Of a DNA stretch of 64,000 bases, positions 9,086 through 18,304 are shown one piece after another. The DNA is from an uncultured delta proteobacterium (GTDB taxonomy: Bacteria > Myxococcota_A > Polyangia > Polyangiales > Polyangiaceae). Every line of letters begins with the position of its first letter. Position 1 is the first letter of the stretch. A model generated the notes under the pieces. It did no database searches. It was given only the letters and a program-made list of their open reading frames with translations, and was not told the origin of the DNA. The DNA is taken from assembly GCA_963782055.1 (NCBI GenBank), contig CAWAIF010000003.1, positions 4,320,001 through 4,384,000 of the forward strand, in the 5' to 3' direction. Both the position numbers and the translations under genes were made by a program.

Positions 9086-9145
9086 AGTGGTCGGGCATCG
9101 CGCGTGGCAAACGCGGGATCCCCGACCGAAGTGGGACACGCGGGG

Positions 9146-10345
9146 CTACGTCCTGGTTCGCGGGGCGCCGTCGAGCTCGGTGCCGACGCGGAGTCGATCG
9201 AGGTAGCCCCGGTACACGAAGGAGCGGTCGCGCTTCTTACCGGTCGTCTCGACGAGAACGCCCGCGGCCACGAGCAGCTCGATCGCCCGTCCCGCGGTGG
9301 GCTTGGTCGTCTCCACAAACTTCATCACGGATGCGACGGTCACGACCGGGTGGCGCGGCAGCAGCTCGAAGAGCCTCAGCGCGACGACGGACATCCCTTC
9401 GTGCGCGAGCACGCGCGCGCGGTCCGCGGCCACGAGCGCGAACAGCTCCCGTGCGGAGGCGACCGCTTCGTCGGCGATCGTCGCGACCCCGTCGAGGAAG
9501 AAGTCGAGCCAGCCCTCCCAATCGCCCTCGACCCGCACCGCGTTGAGGCGACGGTAGTAGTCCTCGCGGTGCCGCTTGAAGAAGAGGCTCAGGTAGAGGA
9601 GCGGCTTGGTCAGCAGCTTCCAGTGCTCGAGCAGCAACGTCACGAGCAGGCGCCCGATGCGGCCGTTGCCGTCGAGGTACGGGTGGATGGTCTCGAACTG
9701 CACGTGCAGGAGCCCGGCGCGCACGAGTGGCGGCAGCGAGTCGTCTGCGTGAAGGTACTTCTCGAACGCGCCGAGCACCTCGCCGAGTGCGTGCGGAGGC
9801 GGCGGCACGTACGCGGCGTTGCCAGGTCGGCTTCCGCCGATCCAGTTCTGACTGCGACGCACCTCGCCTGGAAGCTTCTCGGCGCCGCGCACGCCGCGCA
9901 TGAGGCGCGAGTGCGTCTCGCTCAGGAGGCGCATCGAAAGGGGCAGACCCTTCGGGTCGCCGAGCTGCGCGCGCGCGTAGGCGAGCGCGTCGAGGTAGTT
10001 GCACACCTCCTCGACGTCAGCGTTGGGTGCGGCGCTCTGCTCGGCGCCGTCCTGGGCCTCGAACGTGAGCAGGTCGACGAGGGTCGCTTGCGTTCCCTCA
10101 ATCTGGGAGGACAGCACGGCCTCTTTGCGGACGAACGCGTAGATGAACCAGTCGAGTGATGGGACCATCTCCCCGGCCAGCTCGAGGCGAACGAGCGCCT
10201 GCTCAGCTGCACGGAGTCGCTCAGCCAGGGCGGCGTCGACGACGATGGGCGGATCCGCGGGCGGCAGCCCGTGCGGGACGAAGGCCGCGACCTCCTCCCC
10301 ACCCACGGTGGTCCGCTCGTATCGTCCGGTCGCTCGCTTGGGCAT
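9146..10345 (-). CDS. fic: Fic family protein (AMPylase-like) with C-terminal HTH
   Basis: HPYLDGNGRIGR catalytic motif; N-terminal SSQIEG inhibitory-type motif. Confidence 0.92.
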   Translation of the reverse strand: MPKRATGRYERTTVGGEEVAAFVPHGLPPADPPIVVDAALAERLRAAEQALVRLELAGEMVPSLDWFIYAFVRKEAVLSSQIEGTQATLVDLLTFEAQDGAEQSAAPNADVEEVCNYLDALAYARAQLGDPKGLPLSMRLLSETHSRLMRGVRGAEKLPGEVRRSQNWIGGSRPGNAAYVPPPPHALGEVLGAFEKYLHADDSLPPLVRAGLLHVQFETIHPYLDGNGRIGRLLVTLLLEHWKLLTKPLLYLSLFFKRHREDYYRRLNAVRVEGDWEGWLDFFLDGVATIADEAVASARELFALVAADRARVLAHEGMSVVALRLFELLPRHPVVTVASVMKFVETTKPTAGRAIELLVAAGVLVETTGKKRDRSFVYRGYLDRLRVGTELDGAPRTRT

Positions 10346-10574
10346 GTCGGCTCCGCTCGGAACGCCCGCTTGACCTGGCGCGCAGGCTGGGAAAGCCGGC
10401 GTGACTAGGCTCGCGCGCTAGGAACGAATCCTTTACCAGTGCGCATCACTAGTCAAGCGTGCGTTACTAGCGATACCGAGTCGTCCGCCGCCTGAGTCGC
10501 GCCGTGCGCATGGGTGACCCGCTGGTTAGCAGTAAAAACCGATACATTTCGACGACCTGTGCGTGTTCGACTGA

Positions 10575-10685
10575 CGATACAAGGCAGACAGTTTTTGAGC
10601 CATTCACGCGGGGTCGCGGAAACGCGACCCCGCACTGTTTAACAGCGGCCTCGGAGAGCGATCTCCGGGGCCGTTGCGTTTCTCC
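10575..10685 (+). ncRNA. Candidate structured RNA or attenuator with two GNRA-capped hairpins; the second is terminator-like
   Basis: GCGGGGTCGCG-GAAA-CGCGACCCCGC (10608-10633) and CAGCGGCCTCGGAGA-GCGA-TCTCCGGGGCCGTTG (10643-10676) followed by CGTTTCT. Confidence 0.5.
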
Positions 10686-10709
10686 CCCACGTTTCCGCGA
10701 CCTTCGACG

Positions 10710-10865
10710 CTCGGCGAGGTCTCGCGCGACGAGCGCAACGAGTACCACGGCATCGCGGTCGAGCGCGTGAGCAAGATCCTCGACGCCCTCGGAGTGAGCC
10801 TCAAGAGCCAGTTCGAGCAGCCGATCGTGCGCGGCGACGACGATCGGCAGCGGCATGCGGGATGA
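10710..10865 (+). pseudogene. C-terminal remnant of an XRE-type HTH protein
   Basis: VSRDERNEYHGIAVERVSKILDALGV resembles HTH helices 3-5; no N-terminus. Confidence 0.5.
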
Positions 10866-11152
10866 CGTGCGTCCCACACGATGTCGAAGCTACCGGTGCC
10901 CGTCGCGGAGTGAAGACGCGCGGCGACGTCGATGCGCGACGTGCCCGGGAATCGAGAGCCCGATGATGAACGGGCCCGCCTTCGACACGCGGCGAGCTCG
11001 AAATGGTGATTCTTGAATCGCCAGCGGCAGCGCGGTGAACGCCACTCCCGACGTGGCGACGCCATCGAGAAATCGTTGCACGACGTCTTTGAGAAATGCC
11101 TGACCGGGCCTACTGGACGGAGATTCTCGTTCAGCGTAAGCCAAGCGCCTCC

Positions 11153-12439
11153 GTGGCGACCAAGCGACGCAGCCCGAAGCTCCCTGCTCCCGCGAATGAC
11201 GTCGAGCTCGCCCCGCCGCGCTCCGCGAAGGCGGCGGTCCACGCGTGGGCGTTCCGCGCGCGCTTCCGTCGCGACGCGTTCGGCTGGAAGTCGCAGCCGG
11301 CGATCACGCGCGTCCGCCAGGCCGTCGCCGAGATCAAGAAGGTCGCCAAGAAGGAGCCGCTCGTCGCCGCCGAGGGCGCCGTGCTCTTCCTCGAGCGCGT
11401 CTCGCCGGCGTTGACGCACGTCGACAGCTCGTCCGGCGCGATCGGCTCCGCCGTGAACCACGCGATCGACGAGCTCACGCGCTTGATCGCCGAGGCGCCA
11501 GCCGACGCGAGGATCCGCGACGCGTGGCTCGAGCGCCTCTACGAGGCGCACCAGAACGACGACATCCCGTACATCGAGGCGCTGGCCGACCACTGGGGCG
11601 AGCTGTGCGTCACGAAGGAGATCGCATCGCGCTGGGCGGATCGCCTCATCGGCATCACGTCGAGCGCCCTCTCCCCCGACCCGGAGATGCGCGGCCACTA
11701 TCACGGCACCACGATGTGCCTCACAGCGCTCTACCGCGCCGAGCGGTTCGATGAGCTGCTCACGCTGCTCGAGCACGAGAAGTTCTGGCCGTACAAGCGC
11801 TGGTCTGTGAGGGCGCTCGCGGCGCTCGGCAAGAAGTCCGAGGCGCTCGCGCTGGCAGAGGCGTTGCGCGGGCCTTGGACGAACGAGGCGGACGTGGCGC
11901 GCCTCTGCGAGGAGATCCTGCTGTCGTCGGGGCTCGTAGACGAGGCGTTCGAGCGCTACGCGGCCGACGCGAACCGCGCGGGGACATACCTCGCGACCTA
12001 CCGCGCGGTGGCGAAGAAGTACCCGACGAAGTCGGAAGAAGACGTGCTCGCGCGGCTCGTCGCGTCGACGCCCGGCGACGAGGGCAAGTGGTTCGCGGCC
12101 GCGAAGGACGCCGGGCTCTTCGCCGAGGCGATCGCGCTGGCACGGCGGACCCCAACCGATCCGCGCACCTTGGCGCGGGCGGCACGCGATCATGCCGACG
12201 AGCAGCCGGCGTTCGCGCTGGAGGCCGGCCTCGTGGCCCTCGAGTGGCTGGCGCTAGGCTACGGGTACGAAGTGACCGGTGCCGATGTGTGGGCTGCGTA
12301 CCTCCCCGCGAAGTCCGTGGCGGAGCGCGCCGACGCGACCGCGGCGCTGCGTTCACGCGTCCGCGAGATCGCGGCGCGGTATCGCGACGGGAAGAACCTC
12401 GTCGCCGAGGTGCTGCGTGGCGAGCTGCACGACGCGTGA
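11153..12439 (+). CDS. All-helical (TPR-like) hypothetical protein
   Basis: 428-aa ORF from GTG 11153; VDSSSGAIG and GDEGKWFAAAK motifs; its 5' end is repeat copy 2. Confidence 0.75.
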   Translation: MATKRRSPKLPAPANDVELAPPRSAKAAVHAWAFRARFRRDAFGWKSQPAITRVRQAVAEIKKVAKKEPLVAAEGAVLFLERVSPALTHVDSSSGAIGSAVNHAIDELTRLIAEAPADARIRDAWLERLYEAHQNDDIPYIEALADHWGELCVTKEIASRWADRLIGITSSALSPDPEMRGHYHGTTMCLTALYRAERFDELLTLLEHEKFWPYKRWSVRALAALGKKSEALALAEALRGPWTNEADVARLCEEILLSSGLVDEAFERYAADANRAGTYLATYRAVAKKYPTKSEEDVLARLVASTPGDEGKWFAAAKDAGLFAEAIALARRTPTDPRTLARAARDHADEQPAFALEAGLVALEWLALGYGYEVTGADVWAAYLPAKSVAERADATAALRSRVREIAARYRDGKNLVAEVLRGELHDA

Positions 12440-12935
12440 TCAGGCGGAGGCCGACGCGGACATCGAGAGCACGCTCCTGCACGCCTCCGTCGTCGGCATG
12501 GACGAAGGCGATCTCCGCGTGCTCGCCCTGGCGCTCGCAATGCTGCGTAGTGAGGGGCCCTCCGCTGGGATTGGTGAGGCGCTGGTGACTGGCTTCGCCG
12601 CCAATCGGTATGTCGCGCCCATGCTCCTCGGAGAGAGCTGGGAGCGTCTCGACGCGTTCCACGGCACCAACATGGCTGAGCCCGAGTGGGCACACGACGT
12701 CATCGCCGCGCACGCCGACCTCTGGCAAGCGGTTGCGCGCGGCGCCGAGCTGCTCCGCTTCTGGTGGATGGCTCCCCCGATCGCGACCTGGCGACGCAAA
12801 CTCGACGAGATCATGGTCCGTCTCGGGGACCTGCCAGCCTCGGGCGAGCGCTCGGCGTTGGTCTCCGAGTGGGCCGCCCTGCGGTCAGAGGTAGCGATTC
12901 GCGACCTGGTGCGGACCGTACGAACGGCATCCTAG
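12438..12935 (+). CDS. Hypothetical protein, probably 5'-truncated
   Basis: Protein-like composition only downstream of ~12438; no clear start. Confidence 0.4.
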   Translation, partial: DQAEADADIESTLLHASVVGMDEGDLRVLALALAMLRSEGPSAGIGEALVTGFAANRYVAPMLLGESWERLDAFHGTNMAEPEWAHDVIAAHADLWQAVARGAELLRFWWMAPPIATWRRKLDEIMVRLGDLPASGERSALVSEWAALRSEVAIRDLVRTVRTAS

Positions 12936-13153
12936 CCGGGCCGGCGCTCGCCACGTCACCGCCGCACGCTTCTCGGTCAGGGAGGCGACCCCGGTGGACC
13001 GGCTATAGGCCGTCCCGGACGGCGTCTTCGTCGTCGTCAGCTGGCGCTCATCGAGGTCGTCGTCGTCCTTCCGTGCCGATTCAGATCACGGTAGAACAGG
13101 CCGCGCACATCGAGTTGCTCCGCTTGGCGACGGGGCGAGGACCGCGGGCGACT

Positions 13154-13655
13154 ATGGCTGCGAAGAAGAAGTCAGCGGGGGCCGAGTGGGTGGGGGGCCT
13201 CGCGGCGATGCCGGCATACGTGACCGGCGAGGGCGAGCCTTATCGACCGGAGGTGCTCCTCTGGATCAGCGGGGATGGCCTCGTCCTCGGGACGACGACG
13301 GCGAAGCCCGGCGAGGTTGTCGGCGCTGCGGCCGAGCACCTGCGAAGCACGATCGAGCGACCGATGATCGGCCGTCCCCATGCGCCCACGCGTGTGGCTC
13401 GAGGCGGCGCTCTCCGACTCGAGCAACTTCGGGATGGCGAAATCAGCCTTCATGGCGGGGCGCGATGCCGGCTTCGACATGGAGTCGAAGGAGGGGCTCG
13501 AGGCGTGGATGCGCGCGATGCAGTCGAGGCCACTGCCCGCATCGGTCGGGTTCCCCTCGTTTGGCGCAGCGGCGCGCCCCATCGCTCCCGCTGCCGCGCG
13601 CGCGAAGAAGAACCAACGAAAGGCTGCTCGCAAGGCGCGCAAGAGGAACCGATGA
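13154..13655 (+). pseudogene. Chimeric remnant: N-terminus of one gene joined out of frame to the C-terminus of another
   Basis: MAAKKK...PHAPTRV switches frame at ~13395 to WLEAALSDSSNFGMAK...KKNQRKAARKARKRNR*. Confidence 0.55.
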
Positions 13656-14449
13656 AGCAGTCGAAGAAGGCCTGGCACGCCCTCCTCCCTGGCGGGCTGT
13701 CTCCCGCCGCGTTCTCGCTCGACGAGCTTCGCGCAGCGAAGGGCGCGCACGCGTTCCTGACGGAGGACATCCCGGGGCCCAAAGACATCGCCCAGGCGAT
13801 CCGCGCGTTCCGCTACCTCATGTTCTTCGGGATCGGCTGCGTCGCGGAGGACAAGTACCCGCCGCTCACCCGCTGCTGGCGGGAGCTCGAGTCGTTCTTC
13901 ATGGGCGATGCGGCCTTCGACGACGGCGTCTTCGTCCAGAGCTGGGCACTCTTGGACTTCCCCTTCGGTCCCAAGGGCGAGACGGCGCTCGACTACTTCC
14001 AGCAGTTCCTGAGCGGCACCGAGGGCGCTGAGCGCTGGCAGCCGTTCATCGCTGCGGCGCGCACGAGCCGTCTCGGGCTGTACCAGGACGTGAAGCGGAC
14101 GAAGACCACCGGTACGTTCCGCGAGCTCTTCACAGGACGCGATCTCTCGGTGTTCCGATCCGTCGAGGACTATGGCCCCGGAGAGATCTTCCTGACGCGC
14201 CTGATGAGGGCCGGCGAGCACACGTTCATGTTCGGCAACCCGAAGTGCTTCCCGCGCGATCGCAGGCGTCAGATCGAAGAATTGGTCCGCGACAAGATGT
14301 GCTTCTTCGAGCCCGCACCGATACCGGCCGCGTACGAGACGTTCATGAAGCTCGCGGGGCCGTACTGGATGTCGTGCGTCACGTCGGACCAAGACGCTCC
14401 GATCCTCGACCCGGATCACCACCGAACGTACCTCGCGCCCAAGTCGTGA
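13652..14449 (+). CDS. Hypothetical protein, possibly distantly related to 6300..7184
   Basis: GAGG RBS and ATGA overlap; W..LDFPFG..GET, SRLGLY, GEIFLTRL parallel the 6300 protein. Confidence 0.7.
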   Translation: MKQSKKAWHALLPGGLSPAAFSLDELRAAKGAHAFLTEDIPGPKDIAQAIRAFRYLMFFGIGCVAEDKYPPLTRCWRELESFFMGDAAFDDGVFVQSWALLDFPFGPKGETALDYFQQFLSGTEGAERWQPFIAAARTSRLGLYQDVKRTKTTGTFRELFTGRDLSVFRSVEDYGPGEIFLTRLMRAGEHTFMFGNPKCFPRDRRRQIEELVRDKMCFFEPAPIPAAYETFMKLAGPYWMSCVTSDQDAPILDPDHHRTYLAPKS

Positions 14450-14745
14450 GCGCTGCGCGGTCTCGGCGACATAGCCGAGCGGCAGTTGGCCGGCGACGCG
14501 GAGCCCACGTGCGCGTCGTGCGGCGCGCGGATCTCGAAGGCGCTCGGCGATCATGTCGCGCTCGAACTCCGCGAAGATCGCGAGCGTGTTGAGGCGCAGC
14601 TGCGTGATCGCGTCGTTGGTGCCGTGGAGATCGCCCTGGACGACGCTGATCGCGACTCCGTGGGCGCGGAACGCGTGCTGGATGCGCGCCCAGCCACTCG
14701 CGCGATGCACTACTAACCAGCAGGTCGCTCCAAAGGCAGACCGTA
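14450..14745 (-). pseudogene. Second serine recombinase fragment
   Basis: LRLNTLAIFAEFERDMIAERLRD..AARRARG..GQLPLGY; catalytic N-terminus and C-terminus missing. Confidence 0.8.
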
Positions 14746-15019
14746 TTTGAGCCAGTTCATCGGTCGTGCGCGTGGACAGCGTTCGCGCTCTCTTGGCCAG
14801 CGGGGAGACTCTGCGCACCGTGCAGCGACGGCTGCACAAGCTGGTCAGCGACGGGTGCTCGCCAAGGGGGGGCCGCGGGGAAACGCGGTCTACACGCTGG
14901 CCGGGCGAGATGAAAGCGGGGGATCGGCGGGACGGCGCGAGCGCAGAGAGGGCGTCCCGCGGTCGAGCGGAAAGACTCGCCCTGTCGCGCGGCGTCCAGG
15001 AAACGTGGCTCGCGTTCGA

Positions 15020-15655
15020 CTACCCGCCGAGCTGCACGGCCTTGCCGACGAACGTCGGCGACTCGCACGCCTCGACCATGAAGTCGGCGACGTCGGCGCG
15101 GGAGATCGCCAACGGCACGCTGACCAGCTCCGTCGTGCGCACGTACTTCCCCTTCGCCTTGCCGTTGGTCAGCCGCGTGGGGCGCGCGATGACGAAGTCG
15201 AGGCCGCTCTCGCGCGTCATGCGCTCCTGGACGTCGTGATCGAGGAAGACGCCCTTCAGGAGAAGGTCGATGAGGAACGTCCTCTGCAACCAGCTCGCCG
15301 CGAGCTTGCTCTCTCCGACGCCGTGCGCGGTGAGAACGACCAGGCGCTTCACGCCGTGCTCCTTCATCGCGTCGATGCAGTTCTTGGTGCCGCGCGAGAA
15401 GTAGTCGGGCTTGTCCTTGATCGTGCCCAGCGAGCTCGGCGACGCGGAGATGATCACGGCGTCGTGACCGGCCACCGCGGCGCGCACCGAGGCCGCGTCG
15501 TGGAAGTCCCCCGCGACCTTCGTCAGCGCGGGGTGCGCGAGGTCGAGCTTGGCGGGCGTGCGCGAGAAGGCGGTCACCGAGTGCCCCTTCGCGAGCGCTG
15601 ACCCGACGCAGTGGGCGCCGGTTCCCTGCGAGGCGCCCAGGACGAGGATCTTCAT
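15020..15655 (-). CDS. NAD(P)H-binding oxidoreductase (flavin/biliverdin reductase B-like)
   Basis: MKILVLGASQGTG Rossmann motif; ARPTRLT; ISRADVA. Confidence 0.9.
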   Translation of the reverse strand: MKILVLGASQGTGAHCVGSALAKGHSVTAFSRTPAKLDLAHPALTKVAGDFHDAASVRAAVAGHDAVIISASPSSLGTIKDKPDYFSRGTKNCIDAMKEHGVKRLVVLTAHGVGESKLAASWLQRTFLIDLLLKGVFLDHDVQERMTRESGLDFVIARPTRLTNGKAKGKYVRTTELVSVPLAISRADVADFMVEACESPTFVGKAVQLGG

Positions 15656-15697
15656 GCGCGCACCATACACGGCCGCGGCGGGACGCTCGACCGCCGG

Positions 15698-16621
15698 TCA
15701 GTTCGGGTTGATGGTCCCGCCGCCGTCGGCGCAGCCGTCCGCGGACTGCTGGATCGCCGCGAGCGCGGCGATGAAGGCGTCGGGGTTGCCGTCGCCGACG
15801 TTCCAGTGCCGGCAGGGGCTGGGGCTCTTGCCGCACGCGCCCGTCAGCTTGCCGACGGTGTCGGGGTGCAGCGGCGCGTTGCCGCCCTGCGCGAGCTTCT
15901 CCAGGTTGGCGTCGTTCGCGCCGGTCATCCCGATGACGTACGTCCGCAAGCTCGTCGCGGTGTAGTGCGCCTGCAGGAGGTTGGAGAGATCAGTGAGGTT
16001 GGTGTCGCACTTCACCGGCGCGCCGTCGGTCACCAGCATGCCGATGGTCACGCGGCCGCCCCGCCGGTTGCCGGCGGTGAAGGCGGTCAGGCCGCGGATG
16101 GCTGCCTCGGTCGGCGTGATGCAGGGGGTGCTGTCCGTCGTCGCGTTGAGCAGCGCGTCGAGGGACTTGGTCGGCAGCGTGGTGTACGCGGGCGGCGGCG
16201 TGGGCGCGGCGGCGACGTCGTAGCCGGCGCCGGTCGTGCAGGACGCGGCGGTGTGGTTCACCAGCGGGAAGAACTGGAGCGCCACCGCGTTGCCCGCCGC
16301 GCTCGGCGAGTTGAAGTAGCCGGAGAGCGCGTTGACGGCGTGGCACCACTTCGAGCTGGTCGCGTCGCCGATGTTGCAGTCCTTCCCCATGCTGCAGGAG
16401 CGATCGAGCATGATGTACATGTCGACCGGCGCGTAGCACCCGCTCCCGTCGCCGCCCGCGTCCGTGGCGCCGTCGGCGGCGGCGCCGTCGCCGAAGGGGT
16501 TGGTCGTGGCGTCGTCGGGGCCGCCGCCGTCGATGCCGTTGCCGCCGTCATCCCCGGTGCTCCCGCACGCGCAGAGCCCCACGACCGCGATCGTCATCAA
16601 CCAGGCAGGGAGCGTCTTCAC
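15698..16621 (-). CDS. vWA-domain lipoprotein
   Basis: Lipobox LCAC; MIDAS DRSCS, TPT, LVTDG; many Cys. Confidence 0.85.
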   Translation of the reverse strand: MKTLPAWLMTIAVVGLCACGSTGDDGGNGIDGGGPDDATTNPFGDGAAADGATDAGGDGSGCYAPVDMYIMLDRSCSMGKDCNIGDATSSKWCHAVNALSGYFNSPSAAGNAVALQFFPLVNHTAASCTTGAGYDVAAAPTPPPAYTTLPTKSLDALLNATTDSTPCITPTEAAIRGLTAFTAGNRRGGRVTIGMLVTDGAPVKCDTNLTDLSNLLQAHYTATSLRTYVIGMTGANDANLEKLAQGGNAPLHPDTVGKLTGACGKSPSPCRHWNVGDGNPDAFIAALAAIQQSADGCADGGGTINPN

Positions 16622-16747
16622 GGGGCACCTCGTTCGGGGCGTTGCGTGACGAGAGTACCACGGACGCGCCGGGCGACGCCCTGCAAGGGCCCCCCCGACG
16701 GCCTGGACGAGGGAAGGGAGCCGGGGCACACTCGGCTCCTCGACCGC

Positions 16748-18037
16748 ATGAGCAAGCGACGGCGCCAGGGGAGCGACAAGTGCCGCAACTGCGGTGCCGA
16801 GATGACGGCCGTCCCCGCCCCGTCAGTCCTCGGCGGGTTCGACGTCGTCTGCGCCTACTGCGGCCATCGCGATCACATCGACGCCAATCCGCCGGCTGCC
16901 GCTCAGCCACCACGCGCCCCCCGGCCACCGCGCCCGGCGATCCCGCAGGGCGAGCCGGCGCCCCGCCCGGTCCGGAGCACCCCTCGCGCGCCGCTGATCA
17001 TCATCCTCGCGGGCGTGGCGATCGTGAGCGTCGCGCTGTTCTTCGTCAGCCGCAAGACGGCGGCGATCACCTCCAGCAACGCCTGGGACTCCGCTCCGAT
17101 CGTCGCGGCCATCGCCGGCAACGAGGCGATCGTCGGCCGTCTGCGGCAGACGGGCTCGAAGGACGCGCTCTTCGTCGCCGCGTTCGACGCGACGACGTTC
17201 GCGCAGCGCTGGAAGGCGGGGCCCTTCGGCAGCTACCACGACGGCAACGTCTACACGAACGTCACCGTCGCCGGCTCGCACGTCGTCGTCACCGATCTCC
17301 ACGCGAAGGTCCACGTCCTGGACCTGCAGACCGGCAAGGAGCAGCGCGTCGTCTCTCTCACCGACAAGGTGGAGGCCGATCTGGACAGCGAGATGCGGAT
17401 CGAGCGGAGCATCTGCCCCGCGGACGCCGAGCACGTCTGGCTGGCGCAGATCGACAAGCGGACGGTGCTCGTCGACCTCACCTCCGGCGGCGTCGCCGAC
17501 GCGCCGCGACCGAAGGCGTGCGACCGCGGCTTCGTCCAGACGCGGAACCTCGCGGGCGTGAGCGACACCTACGCGCTCGGCGCCTCCTTCGAGTGGGACG
17601 AACCGCACTTCACCGCGGACAGCATCCCCTTCGAGGCGAAGAGCATGTTCGTGGTGCTCGGCAAGAAGACGCCCGGCACGCCCACGCCGATGGTCGCCGG
17701 CGTCGACAAGAAGGATCGCGCCGTCCGCTGGCAGGTGCCGCTGGCCGCCGTGGACGCCGCGACGGTGCGCGACGGCTCCGCGAAGAAGAGCCGGGCCGCG
17801 GTGTGCGGCGACCGGTTCATCGGGTCGTACGGCGTCGGCGACAAGGGCTGGCACATGACCGCGCTCGACGCCACGAGCGGCGCGCGGCAGTGGGACGTCG
17901 TGATCGCGCCCCGCTCCGGGAGCAGCTCGGTCGGGACGGTCGTCTGCTCGCCGGCGCGCGTGTACGTGGTGCGGAAGCGCGGGGTGGACGTGCTGGACGC
18001 GTCGACCGGAAAGGCCCTGGGCACCGTCACCCCGTGA
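16748..18037 (+). CDS. Zn-ribbon + TM + PQQ-like beta-propeller protein
   Basis: CRNCG...CAYCG, Pro-rich linker, TM helix, repeats LDLQTGKEQR / LDATSGARQW / LDASTGK. Confidence 0.8.
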   Translation: MSKRRRQGSDKCRNCGAEMTAVPAPSVLGGFDVVCAYCGHRDHIDANPPAAAQPPRAPRPPRPAIPQGEPAPRPVRSTPRAPLIIILAGVAIVSVALFFVSRKTAAITSSNAWDSAPIVAAIAGNEAIVGRLRQTGSKDALFVAAFDATTFAQRWKAGPFGSYHDGNVYTNVTVAGSHVVVTDLHAKVHVLDLQTGKEQRVVSLTDKVEADLDSEMRIERSICPADAEHVWLAQIDKRTVLVDLTSGGVADAPRPKACDRGFVQTRNLAGVSDTYALGASFEWDEPHFTADSIPFEAKSMFVVLGKKTPGTPTPMVAGVDKKDRAVRWQVPLAAVDAATVRDGSAKKSRAAVCGDRFIGSYGVGDKGWHMTALDATSGARQWDVVIAPRSGSSSVGTVVCSPARVYVVRKRGVDVLDASTGKALGTVTP

Positions 18038-18076
18038 GTGGTCCTTCCCCGGCGGGCGCTGCTGTACAGTCGTCCG

Positions 18077-18250
18077 GTGGCGCGCACCGACCGCGGGATC
18101 TACGAGACGCTGATCACCGGGGCGCTCGACGCCGAGCTCGGCGCCCTCGGGGACCGCCTGGAGGCGCGCCGCTCGCCCCTCCACGAGGCGGAGGCCGCCG
18201 ACCGGATCGCGCTCCACCTCTCGCGCGTCCTCGAGCGGGCGGTCGCGTAG
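18077..18250 (+). pseudogene. N-terminal stub resembling DUF3427 PLD/helicase proteins
   Basis: GIYETLIT..L...L...LHEAEAADRIALHLSRVLERA then stop after 57 aa. Confidence 0.55.
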
Positions 18251-18304
18251 CGCGGGACTCGTGCGCCCGTCGGACTTTGCTGGTGTCGGCCCCGGCTACC
18301 GTCG

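Larger units (their letters stand above)
1..14900. mobile_element. Decayed integrative or prophage-like island (right part; boundary approximate)
   Basis: Recombinase remnants, IS21, Fic, yhcG, XRE and Com-like genes, many fragments; more A/T at third codon positions than downstream genes. Confidence 0.7.

Noticed and set aside
10575..10685. c-di-GMP-I riboswitch or tRNA
   Set aside because: Has GNRA loops but lacks the GGCAAAC/GACGCAAAG-type core and any cloverleaf or T-loop arrangement
12686..14449. Single 587-aa protein
   Set aside because: Read-through of non-coding sequence, a gene fragment and a separate gene that has its own RBS at 13652
14866..14890. Small hairpin GGCCGCG-GGGAAA-CGCGGTC as an att site or island end
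   Set aside because: Short GC stem could arise by chance; no matching att copy visible in this window
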